Assembly: GCA_035389045.1 (NCBI GenBank)
Contig: DAOORA010000006.1
Coordinates: 1-64,000 of the forward strand
DNA length: 64,000 nucleotides
DNA from: Bacteroidales bacterium
GTDB lineage: Bacteria > Bacteroidota > Bacteroidia > Bacteroidales > CAIWKO01
Direction of reading: 5' to 3'
Shown here piece after piece: positions 19,849 to 28,475 of the stretch. The notes below the pieces were generated by a model. It was not told the origin of the DNA. It made no database searches and worked only from the letters and a program-made list of their open reading frames with translations. The position numbers and the translations under genes were made by a program. Every line of letters starts with the position of its first letter. Position 1 is the first letter of the stretch.

Positions 19849-20850
19849 GTGTTGATTTCTGAGCTACATGACTTTACCCGCTTGTTGAGCTTGATAAGTG
19901 GAAGAAAGATGTTGAACTACCTGCAATTAAAAGTTTCTTATTTTTTTTCGATAACAGCCGTCAGGCCGTATCTCTGGGGCAAACCTGCGTTTTTATCTGT
20001 CGAGCCGACCACCTCGTGCAATCTTGGCTGTCCGGAATGTTTCACCACACAGCCAGACTTTACAAGGCCAAAAGGAATGTTGACGTCAGAAACATTTGAG
20101 ATGATCCTTTCACAAGCGGCCCGGCATGTTTTTTATCTGAATCTGTATTTCCAGGGTGAGCCTTTCCTGAATAAAAACCTGATTGATTATATTTTATCCG
20201 GAAAACGCGCAGGAATGTATGTGGCAATTTCAACGAACGGGCATTTTTTAGATCCATCCAATGCTGAAAGAATAATCTATAGCAGCCTGGACCGGTTGAT
20301 CGTTTCGCTGGACGGCGCCGATGCTGAAACATATAACTTATACCGGAAGGGCGGTGATTTTGAAAGCGTAGTGAAAGGGATAAAAACGGTGGTGGAACTA
20401 AAGAAAAAAAAGAATTCACGAAATCCGTTTATTGAATTACAATTTGTCGTGACACGAAAAAATCAATCCCAGCGAAAGGAATTTATAAACCTTGGTAAGG
20501 AACTTGGAGTTGATAAAACAACACTAAAAACTTTTCAGCTGTTAAATCTTCACCAGGCCCGGGAATGGCTGCCCGATAGTAATTCACGATATTCTATATC
20601 CGGTGATGGTTCGGTAAAAATCAGAAACAAACTGCGCAACAGGTGTTTCCGCATGTGGAGTTCCTGTGTGATAACCTGGGAAGGAAATGTAATCCCCTGT
20701 TGTTTTGATAAGAATGCATCCAGGATAATGGGAAATATTAACAGGCAAAATTTGTATGAGATTTGGAGTAATAAAGAGTACTCGGATTTCAGAAAAAAAG
20801 TGTTTTCAGAACGTAAAAAAATCGATATTTGCTGTAATTGCAGCGAATAA
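19849..20850 (+). CDS. Radical SAM protein with SPASM/twitch domain
   Basis: CNLGCPEC triad, QGEP, C-terminal C..MW....ITWEG.V.PCC.D...GN..C.NC. Confidence 0.9.
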   Translation: MLISELHDFTRLLSLISGRKMLNYLQLKVSYFFSITAVRPYLWGKPAFLSVEPTTSCNLGCPECFTTQPDFTRPKGMLTSETFEMILSQAARHVFYLNLYFQGEPFLNKNLIDYILSGKRAGMYVAISTNGHFLDPSNAERIIYSSLDRLIVSLDGADAETYNLYRKGGDFESVVKGIKTVVELKKKKNSRNPFIELQFVVTRKNQSQRKEFINLGKELGVDKTTLKTFQLLNLHQAREWLPDSNSRYSISGDGSVKIRNKLRNRCFRMWSSCVITWEGNVIPCCFDKNASRIMGNINRQNLYEIWSNKEYSDFRKKVFSERKKIDICCNCSE

Positions 20851-20860
20851 AAAATAATCC

Positions 20861-21439
20861 ATGAAAAATATAGCGGTTTTTGCATCGGGAAATGGTAGTA
20901 ATGCCGAAAATATCGCTTTATATTTTGAACGCAGCGTTAAGGCAAAAGTGCGGTTGATACTGACTAACAAAAAAGATGCATTTGTTACTGAACGAGCAAA
21001 AAATCTTAATATTCCCTGTTATGTTTTTTCGGCAAAAGAATTAAGGGAAAGCAAAACCGTGCTGGACAAACTGAGTTTTTTTAAAATTGATTTTATAGTA
21101 CTTGCGGGTTTTTTACTCATACTGCCACCACCTATTGTCAAAGCCTTTCCTGATAAAATAATCAATATTCATCCGGCCCTTTTACCCAAATATGGCGGCA
21201 AAGGAATGTACGGTGATTTTGTTCACAAGGCCGTGAGGGAATCCGGCGACACCGAAACCGGCATTTCTGTTCATTTTGTGAACGAAAAATATGATGACGG
21301 TGTTGTAATTTTTCAGGTGCGCTGTAGTATTACAAAGGAAGACACAGCGGAAACCATTGCTCAGAAAGTTCATCAATTAGAATACCGGTATTTTCCTGAA
21401 ATCATTGAAAAAGTGATTTTCGGAAAATCATTGGACTAA
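20861..21439 (+). CDS. purN: Phosphoribosylglycinamide formyltransferase
   Basis: FASGNGSN, VLAGF, INIHPALLPKYGG, HFV...YD.G. Confidence 0.96.
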   Translation: MKNIAVFASGNGSNAENIALYFERSVKAKVRLILTNKKDAFVTERAKNLNIPCYVFSAKELRESKTVLDKLSFFKIDFIVLAGFLLILPPPIVKAFPDKIINIHPALLPKYGGKGMYGDFVHKAVRESGDTETGISVHFVNEKYDDGVVIFQVRCSITKEDTAETIAQKVHQLEYRYFPEIIEKVIFGKSLD

Positions 21440-21462
21440 AGCCCTGATGATTTTGGCAGGAA

Positions 21463-21515
21463 AGTGTCGGGGTGACTGGGTGCATGGCTTTTCCGTAGTC
21501 AGTCACCCCGACACT
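21463..21515. repeat. Perfect 16-bp inverted repeat between convergent genes (REP-like hairpin)
   Basis: AGTGTCGGGGTGACTG (21463-21478) / CAGTCACCCCGACACT (21500-21515) with a 21-nt spacer. Confidence 0.8.
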
Positions 21516-21516
21516 G

Positions 21517-23220
21517 TTATAAGCCTTTAGGTATAGCGGCAATCAGATTTTTTGTGTAGTCTGTTTTTGGGTTTTTATAAATTTCTTCGGAGGGGCCATA
21601 TTCAACAACTTTTCCGTTTTTCATCACCATCATACGGTCCGACATATATTTAACCACGGACAGGTCGTGCGAAATGAAGATCAGCGAAAATCCGTATTCT
21701 TTTTTTAAGCTGTTGAGAAGGTTCAACACCTGTGCCTGCACCGAAACATCCAGCGCAGAAACAGACTCGTCGCAAATGATAAATTTTGGCTGTAAGGCCA
21801 ATGCACGGGCTATGCAAATACGCTGACGCTGACCACCTGAAAGTTCGTGGGGATAACGGTCAAAAATATTTTCGTCAAGGTTTACTTTTTTTAATATTTC
21901 AAGTACCGTATTTTTTCTTTCTTCATTATTTTTTTCCATCCCATGAACATACATACCTTCGGTAATAGTCTTGCCTACAGTTATTCTGGGATTTAAAGAA
22001 GAGTAAGGATCCTGAAAAATAATCTGGAAATCTTTGCGGATTTTTCTCAGTTTACTTTTCGAATAAGAAGTTATTTCATTTCCGAGAAAGACAATAGTTC
22101 CTCCGGTGGGTTCCACCAGTCTTAAAATTGTCCTCCCGAGTGTAGTCTTGCCGCATCCCGATTCTCCCACAATGCCGAGTGTTTCGCCGGGATAAACCAT
22201 AAAACTGACATCGTCAACAGCCTTAAATGGTGATGCAGAGCGGAAAAGTCCCCGTTTCTGGCTAAAATAGGTTCTGATGTGAGCGGCTTTCAGCACGGGC
22301 TCATTTTTGTAAATGTTTTCGTGCTGTTGCCAGCGGTCTTCGGGTGCTACTTCTTCAAAGATACCGGCTAAGTTGTTTTCAATAAACCGGTCAACGGTAG
22401 GCAGTTTTTTATAGCGCTTTTCCAGTTTTGGCCTGCAGGCAAGCAAGCCCCGGGTATAAGGATGACTGGGCTCTTTAAAAATATCGGATACCTGTCCCTG
22501 CTCCACCACCTCTCCCTTAAACATCACCAAAACGTAGTCTGCTATTTCGGCAATGACGCCGAGATCATGCGAGATAAAAACAATGCTCATACTATACTTC
22601 TGCTGCAGGCTTTTCATCAGTTCAATGATGCTTTTCTGCACAGTAACATCCAGGGCTGTGGTCGGCTCATCGGCTATCAGCAAAGATGGCCGGCAGCTCA
22701 TGGCCATAGCGATCATTACACGTTGCCGTTGCCCTCCCGAAAGTTCATGAGGATACGAACGATATGCTTTTTCCGGGTCGGGTAGCATTACTTCTTTAAA
22801 CCATTCGAGTGTTACCTGCCTGGCTGTTTTTTTATCTGCTTTCTGGTGCAGCTGTAAGGCTTCGGCTACCTGTCTGCCACATTTATAAACCGGGTTGAGC
22901 GAAGTCATTGGTTCCTGAAAAATCATGGCCAGTTCAGCGCCTCTGAATTTCATCTTTTTTTTCTCAGGTAAGGCAAGCAGGTCAATGGTAACCCCATTTT
23001 TATCCGTAAACAGGGCTTTTCCGGAAGTGATTTTGGATATGTCTGACGGTAGCAGACCCATCAAAGCCAGCGATGTAACTGATTTCCCTGAGCCTGATTC
23101 ACCTACAATACCGATGGTTATTCCTTTTTCCAGAGAAAAAGAAATATCCCGTACTGCATGAACCATACCGCTGTCGCTTATAAAATCAACACAAAGATTT
23201 TGCAGGTCGAGTAAGGGCAT
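21517..23220 (-). CDS. Peptide/nickel-type ABC transporter, fused double ATPase
   Basis: Two Walker A motifs ([16 protein letters not shown]), IFQEP/IFQDP, two [16 protein letters not shown]. Confidence 0.93.
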   Translation of the reverse strand: MPLLDLQNLCVDFISDSGMVHAVRDISFSLEKGITIGIVGESGSGKSVTSLALMGLLPSDISKITSGKALFTDKNGVTIDLLALPEKKKMKFRGAELAMIFQEPMTSLNPVYKCGRQVAEALQLHQKADKKTARQVTLEWFKEVMLPDPEKAYRSYPHELSGGQRQRVMIAMAMSCRPSLLIADEPTTALDVTVQKSIIELMKSLQQKYSMSIVFISHDLGVIAEIADYVLVMFKGEVVEQGQVSDIFKEPSHPYTRGLLACRPKLEKRYKKLPTVDRFIENNLAGIFEEVAPEDRWQQHENIYKNEPVLKAAHIRTYFSQKRGLFRSASPFKAVDDVSFMVYPGETLGIVGESGCGKTTLGRTILRLVEPTGGTIVFLGNEITSYSKSKLRKIRKDFQIIFQDPYSSLNPRITVGKTITEGMYVHGMEKNNEERKNTVLEILKKVNLDENIFDRYPHELSGGQRQRICIARALALQPKFIICDESVSALDVSVQAQVLNLLNSLKKEYGFSLIFISHDLSVVKYMSDRMMVMKNGKVVEYGPSEEIYKNPKTDYTKNLIAAIPKGL

Positions 23221-23236
23221 TGGGGCTGTTTTTTAC

Positions 23237-23264
23237 AAAAACAGCCGCCCGGTAAGCGGCTGTT
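23237..23264 (-). terminator. Intrinsic terminator after dipeptidase gene
   Basis: Minus strand ACAGCCGC-TTACCGG-GCGGCTGT-TTTT. Confidence 0.7.
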
Positions 23265-23280
23265 AAATATAAGAATAATA

Positions 23281-24969
23281 TTAATGTCCGGCCGGTCCTA
23301 AATTGCGGTATCTGTCGCCGGTTTCCTTAATGATCATACGGTACCATTCGTCGCTGTACCGTGGATGATCAACTTTCGACGATTCTTTTGTTTTACCTGG
23401 ATACTTAACATTTCCGTCCATATATTTTACGAAAAGGTATCCGTAAAGTTTTTTCCAGCGTACCACCAGGTCGTTTCCTGTTTTAACCGAGTATTGTGTA
23501 AGGAAATCAACAGCTTTTGCGGGCGACTCCCTGAAAAGATCTGCTGCTTTTTTGTCGATCTCAGGGACTTCCTGGGTGATATATTTAGCTTCAAGTTCTT
23601 TTTGTACAATACGTATTTCGGGAATGATGTCGCTGTACCGTGTATAAGCAAAATTTGACACCTGGTTGAACACCCAGAAGGCAGCATCTTCATTAAAGGT
23701 TACCATATCGCCCAACCCGACGGCAAAAGATTCGGGCACCTTATTGATACCGCAATACATTGGGGCATATACCGTGCTATAGGAATCATCAACGCCAAAC
23801 CAAATAATGCCGCCAACAGGCGCCGGCAACCAGGCGCGGCTTTGCGTTACGAAAGAAAATCCGGTTTGCTGGGTCGAGGTGGCTCTTTCATGGATGTAAT
23901 CCACACCATCAATGTCCCAGGTCATCGGTCTCCACCGGTAAGGACATTTAAAAGGGCCGGCGCCGAGATCCGTATTCATATCCATCGGCGTACCTTCGTA
24001 ATGGTCGCGCATGATCTCCATCACATCATATACGCTGAGTTTCTTGTCGGGTTTTATCCACAGCGGCATACGGTTTTTCAGGTTTTTGCCCATAGCATAA
24101 TCCAGATATTGTCCCATGTCTTTGTTCACACGGTTAAACCCGGCCCATACACGGGCTTCACAGAAGCGTGCACCTCCAAAGTCAACAGGAGCATAAATGT
24201 CGGAAAAACTGAATTCTTCATCTTTACCGGAAAAATATTTTTTTTCACGGGCAAAAGCTATAACATCATTGGCGTATATGCATTCGATAGTCGGCAGGTT
24301 GATTTTTTTATACTGTAAGTCGGTAATGGAGGTTTTACCGTCGGCCAGCGGGAAGGTGGTGATACGAGCCTGGTTGGCATGGCCGCTGATATAACCATCG
24401 GGAATACGCCGGGCCACCCATACGGCGCCTTTTGCTCCGGCACCTTTGCCGATTATTTCAAAAATCCATGCCTCATCAGCATCACAAATAGAGAATGATT
24501 CACCGGAACTGCAATATCCGTATTCTGATACCAGTTCCCCGATAAGTTTAATGGCCTCACGTGCAGTTTTGCAGCGCTGGAGCGATATATAGATCAGGCT
24601 GCCGTAGTCCATAATACCGGATCTTGTAGAGTCTTCAAGCTCCGGCCTCCCGCCATAAGTAGTTTCGCCAATGGCAAGCTGGTGTTCATTTATATTGCCG
24701 ACAACCGAATAAGTATGAAGGGCTTGTTTAATTTTTCCGCGGTATTCTCCGGTGTCCCATTCATAAACATCCATCATGCTACCTTCAGGATAATCTTTGG
24801 CCGGCCTGTAATAAAGTTCCCCGTAAAGCTGGTGTGAGTCCGCGGTATAAGAAACCATCACCGAGCCATCAGCCGAAGCTCCTTTCGTAATGATGAAGTT
24901 GGTGCAAGAATAGCTGTTTTGCAAGGTAAAAAGCAGCATCACTGCCATAGTCAGAAACAATTTTTTCAT
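23281..24969 (-). CDS. C69-family dipeptidase (exported)
   Basis: Signal peptide then nucleophile CTNF; ASADGS, NEHQL.IGETT.GG, HANQARI, RDHYEGT, PYRWRP. Confidence 0.92.
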   Translation of the reverse strand: MKKLFLTMAVMLLFTLQNSYSCTNFIITKGASADGSVMVSYTADSHQLYGELYYRPAKDYPEGSMMDVYEWDTGEYRGKIKQALHTYSVVGNINEHQLAIGETTYGGRPELEDSTRSGIMDYGSLIYISLQRCKTAREAIKLIGELVSEYGYCSSGESFSICDADEAWIFEIIGKGAGAKGAVWVARRIPDGYISGHANQARITTFPLADGKTSITDLQYKKINLPTIECIYANDVIAFAREKKYFSGKDEEFSFSDIYAPVDFGGARFCEARVWAGFNRVNKDMGQYLDYAMGKNLKNRMPLWIKPDKKLSVYDVMEIMRDHYEGTPMDMNTDLGAGPFKCPYRWRPMTWDIDGVDYIHERATSTQQTGFSFVTQSRAWLPAPVGGIIWFGVDDSYSTVYAPMYCGINKVPESFAVGLGDMVTFNEDAAFWVFNQVSNFAYTRYSDIIPEIRIVQKELEAKYITQEVPEIDKKAADLFRESPAKAVDFLTQYSVKTGNDLVVRWKKLYGYLFVKYMDGNVKYPGKTKESSKVDHPRYSDEWYRMIIKETGDRYRNLGPAGH

Positions 24970-25071
24970 AGTAGGTTGTTTTGATTAATATGAGTTTTCA
25001 AAAGTAGTAATTTTTTACTTCGGGAACATAGATGTTTGAACAACATTATAGCAAACCCGTTAAGAAGATTA

Positions 25072-25971
25072 CTACAAAAATCCGATTTCAGATTTATTAT
25101 CTGATACATCAAATTTAATTTTTCTTCCCATGATCAGCGTCCGGTTATCGTCGATATGCCCTGCAGGGAATCCGAAACAAACCGGATAGTCATATTCAGC
25201 CACGTGCTCAGCGATGATCTCATATGCCGTTTTTCCAAAAGGCACAGTATTGTCGTTCATATTGTTCATTCCGCCAACAACAAGCCCGGCAAGGTTTTGC
25301 AGTTTACCGCTGCGTTTGAGTTGTACCATCATACGATCGATGTGGTAAAGGTATTCTTCAAGGTCTTCAATAAATAATATTTTCCCATTACTGTCCATGT
25401 CGGATACAGAGCAGCTCAGTGCATACAAAATGGATAAATTACCGCCGGTTACTATTCCTTTAGCTTCTCCCGCCCTATTCAATTCATGGCCGGGTGCGGT
25501 GTGTATGATTTGTTCGCCAGACAATGCTTTTCTCAAACTTTCTAACGCTTCAGGCGTGTTGTTTGCAAAATTCAAAGGCATAGTGCAATGCAGTGTTTCC
25601 GTTTCAAATAATTTGTTGAGGTGCGAATGAAAAACAGTAACATCGCTATAACCGGCAATCCATTTGGGTTTTTTTTTAAACACTGAAAAATCCAGTTCGT
25701 CAATGATGCGCATGCTGCCGTAACCGCCACGTGCACATAGTATCGCCTTTATTTCTTCGTTATCAAGTAATTCCTGAAATCCCCTGATGCGATCACTGTC
25801 GGTACCGGCATATTGATGATGTTTGTCATAAATATTGGATGCAAGCACCGGCTCAAATCCCCAGTTTTTTAAAATGTCAATAGCCGGCTGAAGTTCTTCG
25901 GGGCTTATCTTGCGGGCCGGAACAGCAATGCCTGTTTTGTCTCCTTTTCTGAGAAATGATGGTGTTTTCAA
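25072..25971 (-). CDS. LD-carboxypeptidase, peptidase S66 (LdcA-like)
   Basis: ARGGYG, GYSDVT, GGNLS, LFIED, GH triad motifs. TTG 25971 chosen as the likely start; the ORF is open to 26025. Confidence 0.9.
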   Translation of the reverse strand: MKTPSFLRKGDKTGIAVPARKISPEELQPAIDILKNWGFEPVLASNIYDKHHQYAGTDSDRIRGFQELLDNEEIKAILCARGGYGSMRIIDELDFSVFKKKPKWIAGYSDVTVFHSHLNKLFETETLHCTMPLNFANNTPEALESLRKALSGEQIIHTAPGHELNRAGEAKGIVTGGNLSILYALSCSVSDMDSNGKILFIEDLEEYLYHIDRMMVQLKRSGKLQNLAGLVVGGMNNMNDNTVPFGKTAYEIIAEHVAEYDYPVCFGFPAGHIDDNRTLIMGRKIKFDVSDNKSEIGFL

Positions 25972-26069
25972 TTTTCCGTAAGTTTTCAGATGGTAATTAG
26001 TTTTATGAAAGTGAACCGAATTCATTAATTTTGCGGCTCATAAAAATCTTCCGAAAATTAGTAAAAAAC

Positions 26070-28136
26070 ATGCTTCAAATGGAACCTAAAGAAAAAAAAT
26101 TCAAACGTACCACTATTACCTCTGCCCTGCCTTATGCCAACGGGCCGGTGCATATCGGACATCTTGCCGGCGTATATGTTCCTGCCGATATTTATGCCCG
26201 TTTTTTACGCTCAAAAGGCGAAGATGTGGTTTTTATAGGCGGCTCCGATGAGCATGGTGTTCCAATCACTATCAAAGCCCGTAACGAAAACTGTTCGCCT
26301 CAGGATATCGTGGATAAATACCACAACATCATAAAAAAATCTTTTGAGGAATTTGGAATTTCTTATGACATATATTCACGTACATCCAATAAAATTCACC
26401 ATGAAACATCTTCAGAAATTTTTAAGACGCTTTACGATAAAGGTGAATTTGTTGAAAAAGTCACTCAGCAGTATTATGATGTTGAAGCCGGGCAGTTTTT
26501 AGCAGACCGGTATATTACCGGCACCTGCCCTCATTGTAACAACGAAAAAGCTTATGGCGACCAGTGTGAACAATGCGGCACGTCACTCAATGCCACCGAT
26601 CTGATAAATCCAAAATCAGTATTAAGCGGGAACCCGCCCGTGCTGAAAGAAACCAGACACTGGTTTTTACCGCTCGACAAATATGAACCGTGGCTCAGGC
26701 AATGGATACTTGAAGAACACAAAGAATGGAAAGTGAATGTATACGGTCAGTGCAAATCGTGGCTTGATCTGGGCTTGCAACCGCGTGCCGTTACCCGCGA
26801 CCTCGACTGGGGTGTGAAGGTGCCTGTGGAAGGCGCTGAGGGTAAAGTGCTGTACGTATGGTTTGATGCACCTATCGGTTATATCTCGGCAACAAAAGAA
26901 TGGGCTGAGGCTACCGGTAAAAACTGGGAAACTTACTGGAAAGACAATGAAACCCGGCTGCTGCATTTTATTGGAAAAGACAATATTGTTTTTCACTGTA
27001 TTGTTTTCCCTTCGATACTTCATGCCGAGGGCAGCTATATCCTTCCCGACAATGTGCCGGCCAACGAATTTTTAAATCTGGAAGGTGAAAAAATATCAAC
27101 ATCCCGCAATTGGGCGGTATGGCTTCATGAGTATTTACAGGATTTCCCTGGGAAACAGGACGTACTCAGATATACGTTAACTTCCGCCGCCCCGGAAACA
27201 AAGGACAATGACTTTACCTGGAAAGATTTTCAGGCAAGAAACAACAGTGAATTGGTTGCTATATTGGGAAATTTTGTAAACCGGGCGTTGGTATTGACTC
27301 ACAAATATTATAATGGTGAAGTACCTGCCTGTTCCACGGTTACTGATTATGACAACCAGGTTCTGGGCGAACTGTCAAAGTTTCCCTCGGCTATTGCTGA
27401 AAGTCTTGAGGCGTTTCGTTTTCGCGAAGCGCTCGCTGAAACAATGAACCTGGCTCGTCTTGGTAATAAATACCTTGCCGAAACGGAACCCTGGAAGCTG
27501 ATCAATACCGATGCCGGACGTGTGAAAACCATTATGAATATTGCCCTACAGATCTGTGCGAATCTGAGCATTGTGATAGAACCGTTTTTACCATTCACTT
27601 CAAAAAAACTTGCAGCTCTTCTTAACTTCCACAATCATAGCTGGAATGATGCCGGCAGCAGCGAACTGATAAAACCGGGACACAAAATAAACCAGCCCGA
27701 ATTACTTTTTGAAAAAATTGAAGACGCTGACATCAATGCTCAAATTGAAAAATTAGAAAAAACAAAAGAGCATAATAAAGCATATGAGCATCAGGTTTTG
27801 CCGGCCAAGCAGGATATTTCTTATGAGGATTTTTCAAAACTTGACTTACGGACAGGGACTATTATAACCGCAGAGCGCGTGCCTAAAACCGACAAACTTC
27901 TGAAACTTACCGTAGATACGGGAATCGACAAAAGAACAGTAGTGTCAGGCATTGCAGCTCATTACGATCCCGAAAAAATTATCGGTAATAAAGTGGTGAT
28001 CCTGGTGAACTTACAACCCCGGATGTTACGCGGGATACAATCGCAGGGCATGATCCTGATGGCAGAAAATTCAAAAGGGGAATTATGTTTTGTACATCAG
28101 GAGAAGGATTTTGAAAATGGTGCTGTCGTAAAATAA
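26070..28136 (+). CDS. metG: Methionine--tRNA ligase
   Basis: [13 protein letters not shown], Zn knuckle CPHC..CEQC, YVWFDA, KISTS, C-terminal tRNA-binding domain. TAATTTTG at 26026-26033 implies a start at 26070 or 26079. Confidence 0.97.
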   Translation: MLQMEPKEKKFKRTTITSALPYANGPVHIGHLAGVYVPADIYARFLRSKGEDVVFIGGSDEHGVPITIKARNENCSPQDIVDKYHNIIKKSFEEFGISYDIYSRTSNKIHHETSSEIFKTLYDKGEFVEKVTQQYYDVEAGQFLADRYITGTCPHCNNEKAYGDQCEQCGTSLNATDLINPKSVLSGNPPVLKETRHWFLPLDKYEPWLRQWILEEHKEWKVNVYGQCKSWLDLGLQPRAVTRDLDWGVKVPVEGAEGKVLYVWFDAPIGYISATKEWAEATGKNWETYWKDNETRLLHFIGKDNIVFHCIVFPSILHAEGSYILPDNVPANEFLNLEGEKISTSRNWAVWLHEYLQDFPGKQDVLRYTLTSAAPETKDNDFTWKDFQARNNSELVAILGNFVNRALVLTHKYYNGEVPACSTVTDYDNQVLGELSKFPSAIAESLEAFRFREALAETMNLARLGNKYLAETEPWKLINTDAGRVKTIMNIALQICANLSIVIEPFLPFTSKKLAALLNFHNHSWNDAGSSELIKPGHKINQPELLFEKIEDADINAQIEKLEKTKEHNKAYEHQVLPAKQDISYEDFSKLDLRTGTIITAERVPKTDKLLKLTVDTGIDKRTVVSGIAAHYDPEKIIGNKVVILVNLQPRMLRGIQSQGMILMAENSKGELCFVHQEKDFENGAVVK

Positions 28137-28137
28137 T

Positions 28138-28192
28138 ACCAAATTGAAATATCAATTAGTCCAATAGGGCGTATTGATATTTCTAATTTGGT
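28138..28192. repeat. AT-rich long hairpin right after the metG stop
   Basis: ACCAAATTGAAATATCAAT / ATTGATATTTCTAATTTGGT: 19-bp stem with one bulge. Confidence 0.7.
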
Positions 28193-28311
28193 TATACCGA
28201 TGATAAAAATAAATTGTACAAACGAGTAAAGCGAAGTTTGGACTATATTATTTTTCAAATCGGTATAATTTCGCAGATTGTCCAACTTCGCAACTGGTTG
28301 CAAACTTTGCA

Positions 28312-28386
28312 CAACTGTTAGCTCAATTGGTTCAGAGCGTATGCTTCACGCGCATAAGGCTTAGGCTACAAGACTTACGACCTCCT
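28312..28386 (+). pseudogene. Degenerate tRNA-Val(CAC)-like sequence
   Basis: Intact TA-GCTC-AATTGGTTCA-GAGC D arm and TATGC-TTCACGC-GCATA anticodon arm. T loop lacks TTC, and acceptor strands CAACTGT/GACCTCC do not pair. Confidence 0.7.
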
Positions 28387-28475
28387 GTGTTTGAATACGA
28401 CAAATAATAAATAAGACCATGTGACGGTGCCGGTGATTTTGTAAGAGGTAAAATCCGTGCAATTTTCTTAAAGTC

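Noticed and set aside
19849..20850. Radical SAM/SPASM gene as part of a RiPP cluster
   Set aside because: No precursor peptide, RRE/PqqD domain or peptidase-exporter nearby; neighbours abut directly.
25972..26069. N-terminal extensions of the S66 peptidase and MetG ORFs leaving only 5 nt between divergent genes
   Set aside because: Artefact of longest-ORF calling; the promoter box at 26026-26033 indicates later starts.
28138..28197. Hairpin ending in GTTATAC as a possible integron attC
   Set aside because: No matching RYYYAAC left end, no cassette array and no integrase in the window.
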